This document shows positions 34,981 through 61,974 of a DNA stretch of 64,000 nt, piece after piece. The stretch comes from Macrostomum lignano (Eukaryota), in assembly GCA_002269645.1 (NCBI GenBank), contig NIVC01000529.1, forward strand, positions 145,984 through 209,983, given 5' to 3'. Numbering within the stretch: the first letter of the stretch is position 1; every line of letters begins with the position of its first letter. The notes under the pieces are model-generated. The model was not told where the DNA came from, ran no database searches, and was given only the letters and a program-made list of their open reading frames with translations. Position numbers and translations under genes: made by a program.

Positions 34981-37900
34981 TGCCCTACAGCTATGGCGGA
35001 ACACTATCTAAAAATATTATTGCCTGAAAGACCCAACCAAAAGTTAACTTCCATATTCCAGAAGGTGGCCTTTACCCCAGAAAATTCTGGTGTATTTTGG
35101 CATTTTGACAATCTTGGCATACATTTGGCATATAGAATTTTCAGGTTCAACATGAAGCACACATAGTTGGCGTACAAAAAATTTCCCTGTTAGAGTTAAT
35201 GTACTCATGTAGTTAAATATCAACCAGTCAAAGCTCTTAAAAATAAGTGAAAACTAAAATAAAAAATATTAATGAAATTTATGGGAAAAAGCAAAATTAA
35301 AACAAAGAATATCATTTTTAGCAAAAAATGCCATGGTAAAGTTAAAAAAAACTGTTTCATTTATAATAATAAATAATAAAAAAATTGGCATACAAGCAAC
35401 TGTGGGCTTAGTATACAAAAACATGAATTTTCATTCCCACATATGTATGCCTGCCATGATCCAGACGGCGGACTATGGGTTAACTTGACCTATACTAACT
35501 TTTTGTTTATTATAAATAAACTTTGCAATAGGACAGACAGCAAATACATGATCATCATGACATTAGATGAAGGTGGGGCTAGGATCATAACAATGCCTAT
35601 AACAGCCAGAGCCAGGCAGCCAGCCAATCATAATCATATTCAAGTGCAAACTACTCTACCTTCTAATTCACTAACTGTCTAATTTTTTCAATAGATATTT
35701 AAATTAAATAGAATATATCTCTAAAATGTTGCAATAAACAAAATTACGCATACAAAAAAATCTCTAACTTTTTACTTTATACCTTTTTAACTTTTAATAA
35801 CTTTTTGCATGACTCACAATATCTTATTATAAAAATGGCTTCACAAGTTATTTAGCAATAATCTTTGTTGGTTTGTTTGCTGGTGGACAAAAAGGTGGCA
35901 GACAAAATGATCATGCTCCAACAAAATCTGTGCACACTGGCAAAAACTTGTGCACTTGCATGTAATTTTTTGGCTAACTTATACAACTTTAAAAGGTATA
36001 TATATATTAATATATAGTTTTTTCCAAAAAACTTGGCATGATTTTATTGAAAAGTGCAAGAAACTTGCATTGTAAAATTGTTGCTGTTGCTATGCTATTG
36101 TGTTTTTTTATTATGATTTAGGATTACATTTGTAATTAATATTAAAAAATCTATATTTGTTCTGAACTTATTATTTAGAAATAAAAAAATTAAAGTAGAA
36201 ATTAAAAATTATAGAAATTTAAAAAATTCTTTTTTATTTATTTTCCTAGGGCCTCTTTGTTATAACTTTGTTTATATTTTAAAAAAAGTATGGTTGAATT
36301 AAATTGGGTTTTTGATATTAAGTACTAAAAATCTTTTACATTTCTTAAGCTTATTCTATCTCTCTCTCTTTCCTCTCTCTCTCTCTCTTGCTCTTTCTCT
36401 CCCTCTCTCTGTCTCTCCCTATATATATTATTCTTATAAAGTTATAAACAGTCAACAGGACAATATAATATACATTAAAGTATTATTTTTAAAGGTTTAT
36501 CTAAAGCCTATGCATTGTTTTTCCCATTGAAAAAAATTGCAGTAACAATAAACTGATGACAACAAGTTGTTGCTTGTTGTCTCTTGTTATCACCATGTCA
36601 TATATCAACCAATCAGTCTGCCAAAAAGCAGGTAGCACTCTGGATTCAGAAGTTTACATTTGTATAATATTACTGACTTCAAGCAAGTTGGCCCTAGAGT
36701 ATAGATGGGATGAATATTTAGAAAAATTGGAATCAAAACCATTATGCTAAATTTTATATCAGAGTGCCTTTTTTGCAAATTGATAAATAAAACACTTTTG
36801 TTACAGTTTCAACAAGTTTTTCTAAGTTTTTCTTAGAAAATACTAGTGTATACACTTGCAAATTCTTATCAAATTAATATTAAAAGACATTAGCTACTTT
36901 AACCAAGTCAACTATTTGACTATCAATAAATCAAATAAATTTCTTAATTTTAAATATCAACAAACATGAAAAAAACAGGATATTAAACATATAAATGATG
37001 CTAGACAACATATTAATTATAGCATTTATATTAGGTGATTTTAGACCTAGGTCAGCCTTTTTTATAGCAGAGGGCATCTGATATTAATTAAGTTATCTCC
37101 TATTATAGTCAATAAGAAATTTCTCTCTAATCAAATAATAATATTATCTTAACTATCAAGTTAAGGTTATATATATAATATAATATATTAGATTATTTGA
37201 AGCTAACTAATAATATTTTTATATATATAGTTTATTGTGTAGAATGCACAACTTCAATAGTTTTAAATCTCCTAGGCTATTATTAATTTGAAAAAAAGTG
37301 TATTTAAATTAAGGTATTAATTTGTTTTCTTATATATAATATATAATATGGTTCCAATAATTTTATGCCAAAAGGTATACCAAAATATCTTTTAAAACAT
37401 TTGTATACCAAGTGTATACTAAATATTTCCAAATATATAGTAGACATTTTTAGCATTTAGGTACGTGACAATCTTTAATTTAGACTGGGTGTTATTAACT
37501 ATTAAATTTAGTCTAGTTTATGAGTTTATGAGTATTTGAAATGAGTCAAATATAAAAAACAGATTTTTCATGTTTTCAATGTTTGAATTTTGAATTTTTT
37601 TTGTCCCATGGGGGTTTTATGCATTAGTCTATATACTAAAATGGTTTGTTGGTATCTAGGTATCTATGTAATCAATTTCAGAAAAAAATGCTAAATTCAT
37701 TTTTTAAACTGTAAGAAGGCTCATTCCATATAAGCACAGTCGTAACATGACAGGCTATTTTTACTTATAAAATGAAATCTAATAATATATTATACTAAAC
37801 CAATATTTTAAATAAAAGATTATTTTGTCTAGAATATATTTAGAGAGTTTCATATAGATATCATCATTAGTATAGATGCTATTAAACCTTAAATGACACT

Positions 37901-38514
37901 TATGGTCGTAACGACAGGATTTTTGACATATAGAAACTAAAAGGTAAAAGTCGTATAACATTTTTCATTTTTGAGATTTTGCAATACATTTTTTAAATTT
38001 GACTAAGAACATCTTTAGAAATCATACTCTTTTATTAGAATATATAAACTCAAAAGGCAACAAAGATACAAAAGAAAAGGCAGCCTTATGGTTGTAACAT
38101 ATTTTTTCTGTCAATTTAGTAACTTTGAGGTACTAATACATTAAAAATATAATAGATTATTTGGTCACCAATGCTTTTATCTGATGATGCAAGTACTTAC
38201 TTTTATCTATAGTTTGTTTCAACCTTCAAAAGCTTTCTATTTGTTTTTAAAAGGTACAAAATCTTAATGATGTCTTTTGCTTCGAAAAATGTCCAAATTT
38301 TTACAAAAATGACTTTTTGCCAATTGATAACATACTAATCCAACATTTTATCATTCATTTATTCTTAGATTGTATATATTGCACATAAAAACATTTGGTA
38401 AAAAATAGGCTAATAAGGCAATGGCAAGCAAAAATATTGACTTTTTTCTATTTTCCAAATATGTCTATCTTATATGGAATGAGTCAGAAGTATAAAAAAT
38501 ATGAGAATTATAAG

Positions 38515-39192
38515 TGTTGTACTTATGGTTTTCTCATGGTGGCCTGGTAGGTCTTTGAATCCCATTGCTGCCACCAGTGAAGTACTTGCAGTTTTCTTGC
38601 TGTCTAGCACAATGACTTGGGCTCTCCGTCTTCTCACTTGGAAGCCTTCTTAACTCTTAGTAGCGCAGGTAGTGCTGCCACCAGTTCCTTCAGGTCTTGG
38701 CCTTCAATGAAGTGAGCTTCCCATCGGAATGAAATAACAAAGTCAATGAACTCAGCACCGGGTGCAGATTTACAGTTCAATGTACAAAGTGTCTCGTCAG
38801 CAGCACCTGCCAGGCTTGGTTGGTTCAGGGAGGGCTGAGTTAGCCTCTCGTAGGCTTGAGGTTGGGCTTTAGTGGGGTCTCAGTCAGACCAGTACAAGCA
38901 GATTCAGTGTATGCAAAGGGCACTTAGTTAGACACTGATGCACATGGGAGCTTAGTGGATTCTCCGCAGATAAGAAGCCTCCTTAATGGAAACAAGGGGA
39001 GAGGCGTCTTATTTATAGCCGGGACAGCCCACATCAGAGAAGCTGGGGGCTGAGAAATGCAAAGCAAAACAGGCAGGAGGGAAGGGAGCAGCAACAGACA
39101 GCCAAAAGGAGGGAGGCAGGAAGCTGACCAGCAGCAGACAGCAATCCAGGGCGAGGGCAAGGGCAACTGCTAACAAAGTGTGATGCCCAACA
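38515..39192 (-). mobile_element. Probable solo LTR (TGTTG...CAACA), CpG-depleted
   Basis: GC-richer 678-bp island in AT-rich DNA with 5-bp inverted ends; TATAAATA on the minus strand near 39010-39017; flanks ataag/ctaaa are only a partial TSD. Confidence 0.6.
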
Positions 39193-40554
39193 CTAAACTA
39201 GCGGATCACTACATAGGCAAAAATAGGGGAATTTTCATATGCAACAAGGTCCTAAGTAGTCATATATGCTACTGTATACCACAGGAGTTTTTAAATATTT
39301 TAGAATAGTTATTCTATTAGACTATCCAATCAAGTTAAACCTGCTTTCAATCTTATTCCTTTAGAAAGGACTATTATCTGCTTTACCCACTAAAGCATCT
39401 ATTTTTTAAATCTGGTAATTTTTTCTATCTAGTTAAAAATTTAAATTGACAAATATATATAACATATCTGAATATATCTGATTTTCTTGATAATATGCAG
39501 AATTTCAACAAAAGTGATTCTAAATGTTAATATTAATAGTCAAATAGTGCTCTAAAACTCTAGAATGGTCAGTCTGTAAACACATTGGATGCAATTGAGT
39601 AAAAATTTTGTAAATTATCTACATGTTTATTAATTTAAACTTTTCCTACCTGCATTACTGATAGTAATCTGTTAAAGGTTTAAATGTAAAAAAATCAAAG
39701 CTTTGTTTGTCTGCAAATCCTAATTATTTTCATTACTCTCCACATTTTATGCTGTTATAGTACTTGCCTTAGTAATATGACTAAGTCTAGATTTACTACT
39801 ATCTATAATCTTGCCAAGTCAATCTTTATGATTCTGGACTAAAAGAAATTTCAAACTCCCCCCTGCCGCTTATTTTCCTTCCCTCCCTGCCTTTCGCCCT
39901 CTTGCCCTCTTCCTGTTAATAGAAAATATTTTGGAAGGTCCCGACCACCGCCTTTAACGCCCCATTCTCCCTTCCCCAAAAAAATTAGTAATAGAGAATT
40001 GCTCTCGTAAAAATATGGAGAGCTGCGAATGATGGAGGGCCATTGTGTTGCTGATTGCCAATCCGCATCGAGGAAAGAGATTAGAGACAGGCGGCTACAA
40101 ATTTTCACTCAAGATTTTGTTGGTTCACCAACCATCCACCGTCTTCACTTGGCCCTCTTGACACTGAAGGGTGAAGGGAGAGTGAGAGTGTGTGAAACGC
40201 GAGAGCTGTCAGGTCTCAATTAAATAATAATGCCTGACAATTCATCTTTTCTCTGTCTGCCCTGTCAATCTCCAGATTCCAGGCCAGTTTAGCTTGCATT
40301 TCCAGCTTCGAACCTTTATTCTGTGTGGACTTGACCTACCGGATGTCTGAAGGGAACTCTGGGAGCCGCTATTCACTTTGCATGCTGCACGTGTTGTATT
40401 GAGTAGCTTTCACTGACTTTGACTCTCAGAACTGTCCGTTAAATTGTCCATTAAAATGCTGACTTTCTGTCTGTGTCCATCTGTCTGCTTGCATCTTGAA
40501 TCTACCTGCTGCTGTCCGCCTGTCTGTGCTGTCTGTGTCTGCCTGTCTGCCCAT

Positions 40555-40599
40555 CCACCTGTCTATCTGTCTATCTGTCTGTCTGTCTGTCTCTGTCTG

Positions 40600-40654
<55 letters not shown>

Positions 40655-40657
40655 GTT

Positions 40658-40749
<92 letters not shown>

Positions 40750-40750
40750 A
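40555..40750. repeat. (TCTG)n microsatellite
   Basis: Tetranucleotide run upstream of the SYK-like gene. Confidence 0.95.
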
Positions 40751-41172
40751 GCCTATGCCAACTCTGCCGGCCATCTCTCTTTCTGTCCCTTCCAATCAGC
40801 CCCCGTCTGTTCTGATTGGCTGTCTCCAATACGCATATATTAAGTGTATTTTATAGGACTAAAAAACTCTGTCACAGTTTACTATACACTACAAATCTGC
40901 ATCTATGCTGTTATAAAGATAGAATAATATATAAGAAAGTAAAATAATAGCTTATCATGACTCTGCCTGGCGGTCTCCGCCTGTTCGACAGCGGCACCAA
41001 CTGTAAATTGGGTTGCTACCCACCCGGAACTAACAATAATAATTGCTGAATCAGCTTTGCCGACAACAACAACAAAAGCATCGGCAGCAGCGGCGGCAGT
41101 AGCTGTTGCAGTTGCGGTTGCTGTTGCTCAGTCAATAATTGGCCTAATTATCATAATAATAACAATAGAAGC

Positions 41173-53533
<12,361 letters not shown>

Positions 53534-53974
53534 TTATGCCTGATTAGCATCAGTATGAAAATTTAGCATGAAAGTACTTTTTTGTACTTTTCATTGCGTG
53601 TTGAATAGAGAAGAGCAGCTTATAGTGCTAATATAAATGGCGAAGATATGATGCAGGCTCCTCCTATTATTATTCATTTCTAGATCTTGTTGGTGATAAT
53701 TATTTATAATTATTTTTGGCGATTTTTCGGCTTCTGCTTTTTGGCCTGTCTGCCTTGCTTGTTTCACGTAGTTCTTGGCAAATTCAGTTTAGTTCCATGA
53801 GCTGACGATATATATAATTAAAAATGATAATAATTCGATTCATATTCTAAAGATGATTGTCTAAGGCTAAGCAGCTCTATCACAAAGCTTTGCTAGCGTC
53901 TTAAATATTTGTTTTTGTACACTGCTTTGCACTGCCATTTGCACATTTAAATCCCTCCCTTAAATACTCCCCAT

Positions 53975-54635
53975 CTCACTCCTGAACACTCGCCATCTTA
54001 CCCCTGAGCACTAGCCATCTCACCCTTGAGCACTCGCCATCTCACGTCTGAGGACTCCCTCATCTCATTCCTTAGGACTCCCCATCTCACTCCTGAGGAC
54101 TCCCCATCTCACCCCTAAGGACTCCCTCATCTCACTCCTTAGGACTCCCCATCTCACCCCTAAGGACTCCCTCATCTCACTCCTGAGGACTCCCCATCTC
54201 ACCCCTAAGGACTCCCTCATCTCACTCCTGAGGACTCCCTCATCTCACTCCTGAGGACTCCCCATCTCACTCCTGAGGACTTCCTATCTCACCCCTAAGG
54301 ACTCCCCCATCTCACCCCTGAGGACTCCCCCATCTCACCCCTAAGGACTCCCTCATCTCATTCCTTAGGACTCCCCCATCTCACCCCTGAGGACTCCCCC
54401 ATCTCACCCCTAAGGACTCCCCATCTCACTCCTGAGGACTTCCTATCTCACCCCTAAGGACTCCCCCATCTCACCCCTGAGGACTCCCTCATCTCATTCC
54501 TTAGGACTCCCCATCTCACCCCTAAGGACTCCCTCATCTCATTCCTGAGTACTCCCCATCTCACTCCTCAGGACTCCCCATCTCACTCCTGAGGACTCCC
54601 CATCTCACTTCTGAAGACTCTCCATCTCACAAGTA
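53975..54635. repeat. 22-bp minisatellite (ctcacccctaaggactccccat)
   Basis: Tandem units. Confidence 0.92.
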
Positions 54636-55869
54636 ATGAATACTTATCTCACCCATTTATTTTCCTCTCCAGTTTCGTATTTTGCTGCTAAAATTTTTGG
54701 TTTCTTTTAACAAAAAAGTTTTTTTATTATAAATTATAAATTTAGATAATAATTCACTACTTTTTCTACTTGTGCGAGTAGAAAGTTGCGCAAATTGATG
54801 GCCTTTTCAGCTGATATAACCGATTATATTATACGATTGCATTTTTGTACGCCCGCAATGCTCAGTTGAACCACCGCTCGCCCCAAGGACCCCTGCAGAG
54901 GAGAGTAAATTGAAGCCTAGTCAAGCTTATGTCTGCTGCTTTTTCCAGGATTTTTATCGTCGCTTCGAAATACGCGCTTTTTGCTTCCTTTTTTCCCCTG
55001 GACTCAATTGCTGCTCCCGTCAGGCAGTTTAAATAGAATAAATAGCCTGCTCAGCTTAAACTTGTTACTCTCATTGTTAATTCTTCTGATTGTGCTCTAT
55101 TTTTTTCCATTTGTAATAGTATATATTTTAAATGCGTAAGGTGTGCTTTTTACTCTAGTAATTGTGTTTTGCGTGTTGTTAGTCAATATCTATATATTTA
55201 ACTATTGTACACAATTATATTAATATTGAATATAACTTTACTTGCGTTTAATATACATGTGTGTTTCTTAAACATTTTATTTTATTCTATAATATCTATA
55301 GTCGGATACTTGGGAGTTTTACTCTGCCTCAAGACTTGTGCCTGGCCTGTGTACATTATCTCTGAGCCACTGGTGGCATAAGAAATACTGCTATACGCAA
55401 AACACAGTTTTGTAATGTTTCCTAGACCTGCGCTTGCTGCTGCTGTTGTTGCTATTCGACCATATAGAAAATGTTTCGTTTTAATTTATTCACGTCTTAA
55501 AAAGTTATGCTCATTTGTTACATTAGTATTATTGTTTATAATAAGTACCTGCGGTTCTGCTCGCTCTGACTGCTCTAAGTGAAATAGAATATAATCGCTT
55601 TTAAACTTTATTAATGTTTGATAAGATTTTATGGCCTTCATTATTGACGCTCGACGTATCCAGCTGGTGGGATTGAAATTCTTAAAGTTTTTTATGACGC
55701 TTGAACTTTTTTCTGTACTTTATTTGCTTGTTATTGGTCTTTTTTGTTACTCCTGTTTTTTATTATTCAAGAAATCGAGTAGAAAATCATCCGCTTTCAA
55801 TTCAATACGAATAAGGTTTATCTACACACACGCGTGGACCAACCCCATGACGGCTTTTCTCACCCTAAT

Positions 55870-56585
55870 GTACACCTGGCCTGACCAGACCACAAGAGCC
55901 TCTCCACCAATGTACACTCGGCCTGACCAGCCCACGAGAGCCTCTCTCCCCCCAATGTACACTCGGCCTGACCAGCCCACAAGAGCCTCTCCCCCAATGT
56001 ACACCTGGTCTGACCAGCCCACAAGAGCCTCTCCCCCCAATGTACACTCGGTCTGACCAGCCCCAAACGAGAGCCTCTCCCCCAATGTACACTCGGCCTG
56101 ACCAGCCCCAAACGAGAGCCTCTCCCCCAATGTACACTCGGCCTGACCAGCCCCAAACGAGAGCTTTTGTCTCTCTTCCCAATGTGCACTCGGCCTGACC
56201 AGCCCCAAACGAGAGCCTCTCCCCCAATGTACACTCGGTCTGACCAGCCCCAAACGAGAGCCTCTCCCCCAATGTACACTCGGTCTGACCAGCCCCAAAC
56301 GAGAGCCTCTCCCCCAATGTACACTCGGTCTGACCAGCCCCAAACGAGAGCCTCTCCCCCAATGTACACTCGGCCTGACCAGCCCCAAACGAGAGCCTCT
56401 CCCCCAATGTACACTCGGCCTGACCAGCCCCAAACGAGAGCTTTTGTCTCTCTTCCCAATGTGCACTCGGCCTGACCAGCCCCAAACGAGAGCTTTTGTC
56501 TCTCTTCCCAATGTGCACTCGGCCTGACCAGCCCCAAACGAGAGCTTTTGTCTCTCTTCCCAATGTGCACTCGACCTGACCAGTC
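55870..56585. repeat. 45-bp minisatellite (gagcctctcccccaatgtacactcggcctgaccagccccaaacga)
   Basis: Tandem units with 42-bp and 53-bp variants. Confidence 0.93.
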
Positions 56586-56934
56586 ACTTGAAGGTTTTTC
56601 TACTTCGATCTCTACCTCTCCTTGATCTCTTCTTACTCAAGCTTGTATCTCTCCCTGCTTCCTGGATTTTCTCCATTTCGGTTTGAATGTCTAGCTATTT
56701 CTAAGTCTGGAATTTTTCTGCTATTTTGACAAGCCAACTATTTGATGCCTATATTTACTTATGCCTGCATGCATATGCATATGTTTATATAACATAATAT
56801 CTATATTTAAATTTATATGTGCAAGTAGAGTCTGCGCACTCTTCAATAAAAGCAAAATTGCAGTGCAGTGCTGCGTTTTTCTCAGCAATATTTAACAATT
56901 GCTCCTTCATCATTGAACTTTTTTCTGTGCTTTG

Positions 56935-58740
56935 TAGTGAGATTTGAGAGTGGAAGCTGATCTCAAGTAGGTGAGATTTGAGAGTAGAAGCTGATCTCAG
57001 TAGGTGAGATTTGAGAGTAGAAGCTGATCTCAGTAGGTGAGATTTGAGAGTAGAAGCTAATCTCAGTAGGAGAGATTTGAGAGTAGAAGCTGATCTCAGT
57101 AGGTGAGATTTGAGAGTAGAAGCTGATCTCAGTAGGTGAGATTTGAGAGTAGAAGCTAATCTCAGTAGGAGAGATTTGAGAGTAGAAGCTTATCTCAGTA
57201 GGAGAGATTTGAGAGTAGAAGTTGATCTCAGTAGGTGAGATTTCAGAGTAGAAGCTGATCTCAGTAGGAGAGATTTGAGAGTAGAAGCTGATCTCAGTAG
57301 GTGAGATTTGAGAGTAGAAGCTTATCTCAGTAGGAGAGATTTGAGAGTAGAAGTTGATCTCAGTAGGTGAGATTTCAGAGTAGAAGCTGATCTCAGTAGG
57401 TGAGATTTGAGAGTAGAATCTTACTTAGTAGGTGAGATTTCAGAGTAGAAGCCAATCTCAGTAGGAGAGATTTGTGAGTAGAAGCTGACCTCAGTGAGAA
57501 TGAGATTTCAGAGTAGAAGCTGATCTCAGTAGGAGAGATTTGAGAGTGGAAGCTGACCTCAGTGAGAATGAGATTTGAGAGTAGAAGCTGATCTCAGTGA
57601 GAATAAGATTTGAGAGTAGAAGCTGATCTCAGTGAGAATGAGATTTGAGAGTAGAAGCTGATCTCAGCAGGAGAGATTTGAGAGTAGAAGCTGATCTCAG
57701 TAGGTGAGATTTGAGAGTAGAAACTGATCTCAGTAGGAGAGATTTAAGAGTAGAAGCTTATCTCAGTAGGTGAGATTTGAGAGTAGAAGCTGATCTCAGC
57801 AGGAGAGATTTGAGAGTAGAAGCTGATCTCAGTAGGTGAGATTTGAGAGTAGAAGCTGATCTCAGCAGGAGAGATTTGAGAGTAGAAGCTGATCTCAGTA
57901 GGAGAGATTTGAGAGTAGAAGCTGATCTCAGTAGGTGAGATTTGAGAGTAGAAGCTTATCTCAGTAGGTGAGATTTGAGAGTAGAAGCCAATCTCAGTAG
58001 GTGAGATTTGAGAGTAGAAGCTGATCTCAGTAGGTGAGATTTGAGAGTAGAAGCTGACCTCAGTGAGAATGAGATTTCAGAGTAGAAGCTTATCTCAGTA
58101 GGTGAGATTTGAGAGTAGAAGCTTATCTCAGCAGGTGAGATTTGAGAGTAGAAGCCAATCTCAGTAGGAGAGATTTGAGAGTAGAAGCTGATCTCAGTAG
58201 GTGAGATTTGAGAGTAGAAGCTGATCTCAGTAGGTGAGATTTGAGAGTAGAAACTGATCTCAGTAGGTGAGATTTGAGAGTAGAAGCTGATCTCAGTAGG
58301 TGAGATTTGAGAGTAGAAGCTTATCTCAGTAGGTGAGATTTGAGAGTAGAAGCTTATCTCAGCAGGTGAGATTTGAGAGTAGAAGCCAATCTCAGTAGGT
58401 GAGATTTGAGAGTAGAAGCTGATCTCAGTAGGTGAGATTTGAGAGTAGAAGCTGATTTCAGTAGGTGAGATTTGAGAGTAGAAGCTTATCTCAGTAGGTG
58501 AGATTTGAGAGTAGAAGCTTATCTCAGCAGGTGAGATTTGAGAGTAGAAGCCAATCTCAGTAGGTGAGATTTGAGAGTAGAAGCTGATCTCAGTAGGTGA
58601 GATTTGAGAGTAGAAGCTGACCTCAGTAGGAGAGATTTGAGAGTAGAAGCTTATCTCAGCAGCTGAGATTTGAGAATAGAAGCTGATTTCAGTAGGAGAG
58701 ATTTGAGAGTGGAAGCTGATCTCGGTGAGTGAGATTTCTG
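56935..58740. repeat. 33-bp minisatellite (gagatttgagagtagaagctgatctcagtaggt), ~54 units
   Basis: Tandem array ending ~100 bp before the USP14 ATG. Confidence 0.96.
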
Positions 58741-58843
58741 AGTGGACGCTGAAGTCTCGCATAAACAATCTCATTTCAGCAATCCTTGCCTAATAAATTC
58801 AACACGAAAACGCACCCCAATTAAAAGATAGCGCTGAGAAATC

Positions 58844-61800
58844 ATGTCATCACTTACTGTACACGTCAAATGGCAGAAGCAGAAATTCTCCGATGTCCCC
58901 GTGGACACCAGCCAACCACCAGAGCTGTTCAAAGCCACTCTGTACAGCCTCTCTGGTGTGCCTCCGGACCGGCAGAAGGTGAGGCTTTGACTTGATGGGT
59001 ATCCGTTGGGGTGTCTTGAGTCTCCGGAATCGCGGATTGTCCCTTCTCCTAAGACGGTTGTCCACTCCGCTTTGAATTGGGTTGTCCAAAAATTCTCCGA
59101 TGGGATGTGATGTTCACTATGTTCTAAACAATCTAAAACCGAAGTGTCCACAATCCATTTAGGGTGTCCGCAATCCTAATCTAGGATGTCCACAATCCTA
59201 ATCTAGGATGTCCACAATCTAGGGTGTCCGCAATCCTAATCTAGGGTGTCCACAATCCTAATCTGGGATGTCCGCAATCCTAATCTAGGGTGTCCACAAT
59301 CCTAATCTAGGATGTCCGCAATCCTAATCTAGGATGTCCACAATCTAGGGTGTCCACAATCCTAATCTAGAATGTCCACAATCCTAATCTAGAATGTCCA
59401 CAATCTAGGGTGTCCACAATCCTAATCTAGGATGTCCACAATCTAGGATGTCCACAATCCTGATTTAGGGTGTCCGCAATCCTAATCTGGGATGTCCACA
59501 ATCCTAATCTAGGGTGTCCGCAATCCTAATCTGGGATGTCTGCAATCCTAATCTAGGGTGTCCACAATCCTAATCTGGGGTGTCCACAATCCTAATCTGG
59601 GGTGTCCGCAAGCCTAATCTGGATGACTCAAACTCAAACTCTACCTCTAACTCCAGGTAATGGTGAAGGGCGCCGTGCTGCCAGACGACAGCTGGTCGGG
59701 CATCGCCCTGAAGCCCGGCGCCACGGTTATGCTGCTTGGGTCGGCCGAGGCTCTGCCGGAGGCTCCGGCCACGCCGCCTGTAAAATTTGTTGAAGACATG
59801 GACGAAAGCGAACTGGCCAAGGCGATAGACTTGCCGCCGGGTTTGAACAATTTGGGCAATACCTGCTATATGAATGCCACATTGCAGTGCCTGCGCAGCG
59901 TGCCAGAGCTCAGGTCCATACTGTCCAAGAATCGGCTGGCTGGCCTGGGCGGTGCGGCAGCTTCAGGCGGAGGTCCCGAGGTGCTGGTATCGGCCATGTC
60001 TAATCTGTTTGCCGCGCTGGAAAAATCTGGCAACTCCGTGTCGCCGCACGTATTTTTGCACCTGATGCACGCCGCGTTTCCGCAGTTTGCTACCAAAGCT
60101 GAAGGCGGTGTGTTTCAGCAGCAGGATGCCAACGAGTGCTGGGTGGAGCTGGTGCGCTGTCTGCAGAGCCGGCTGCCCGTGAGTTATGAACTGGGGGGGG
60201 GGGGCAAATTCATTTAGGGCTTGTGTGCACGAACATTTGCCGTTGGATGTTGTGTGAGATTCACAGCCATCAGAGCCAACCTCACATCGGGGGTCAGAGG
60301 GGGACAAACCTTGATCGGGGTCAGGGGGACAAACCTTGATCGGGGGTCAGAGGGGGGACAAACCTTGATTGGGGGTCAGAGGGGGACAAACCTTGATCGG
60401 GGGTCAGAGGGGGACAAACCTTGATCGGGGGTCAGAGGGGGACAAACCTTGATCGGGGTCAGAGGGGGACAAACCTTGATCGGGGGTCAGAGGGGGACAA
60501 ACCTTGATCGGGGTCAGAGGGGGACAAACCTTGATCGGGGGTCAGGGGGGGACAAACCTTCATCGGGGTCAGGGGGGACAAACCTTGATCGATCGGGGGT
60601 CAGAGGGGGACAAACCTTGATCGGGGGTCAGAGGGGGACAAACCTTGATCGGGGGTCAGAGGGGGACAAACCTTGATCGGGGGTCAGAGGGGGACAAACC
60701 TTGATCGGGGTCAGGGAGGACAAACCTTGATCGGGGGTCAGGGGGGACAAACCTTGATCGGGGGTCAGGGGGACAAACCTTGATCGGGGTCAGAGGGGGG
60801 ACAAACCTTGATCGGGGGTCAGAGGGGGACAAACCTTGATCGGGGTCAGAGGGGGGGACAAACCTTGATCGGGGGTCAGGGGGGACAAACCTTCATCGGG
60901 GTCAGGGGGGACAAACCTTGATCGATCGGGGGTCAGAGGGGACAAACCTTGATCGGGGGTCAGAGGGGGACAAACCTTGATCGGGGGTCAGAGGGGGACA
61001 AACCTTGATCGGGGGTCAGAGGGGGACAAACCTTGATCGGGGTCAGAGGGGGACAAACCTTGATCGGGGTCAGAGGGGGACAAACCTTGATCGGGGGTCA
61101 GAGGGGGACAAACCTTGATCGGGGGTCAGAGGGGGACAAACCTTGATCGGGGGTCAGAGGGGGCAAACTTTGATCGGGGTCAGGGAGTGGGTAAACCTTG
61201 ATAGGGTATCAGACGTCACAACCGGAAGTGAGGTTAATTACCCAAATTTTGGTGGCAGATTGGTATTTTAACAAAACTGTAACTTCCTAACCTGGCCAAG
61301 ACAACCGAGGCCGGCGGTTCAACGGACGTCTCCTTCACTGACCGCTACCTGACCGGCTCCATGACCTGCCGGCTGACCTGCCAGGAGTGCGGCCCCGAAG
61401 CCGAGCCGGAGGTCAATTTGGTTGAGACGTTCAGCCAGTTGAGCTGCTTCATCGACAAGGACGTCAAGTACTTGCACACGGGGCTGACTAACGCTATGAA
61501 GAGCTCGCTGACTAAGCGCTGCGACCGGCTTGGCAGGGACGCCGTGTACTCCAAGCAGAGCAAGATTACCCGCCTGCCGGCCTATCTGACTGTCCAGTTT
61601 GTCCGCTTCTACTATAAGGAGAAGGAGCAGGTCAACGCCAAGGTGCTCAAGGATGTGAAATTCTCCCTGACGCTTGACGTCTATCAGCTGTGCTCCGAGG
61701 AGCTGCAGGCCCGGCTGAAGCCTGTGCGGGAGCAGGTGAGGCTGACTGGCGGATAGGCGGGCAGACAGCAGACACTAAGACTCTGGATAGACACCAAGGC

Positions 61801-61871
61801 AGACAAACAGACAGACAGACAGACAACAGACACCAAGACAGACACCAAGACAGACACCAAGACAGACACCA

Positions 61872-61904
<33 letters not shown>

Positions 61905-61919
61905 CCAAGACAGACACCA

Positions 61920-61974
<55 letters not shown>

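Noticed and set aside
56935-58740. Possible CRISPR array (regular 33-bp repeats, also 8885-10400)
   Set aside because: Units are head-to-tail without unique spacers, there are no cas genes, and the context is eukaryotic.
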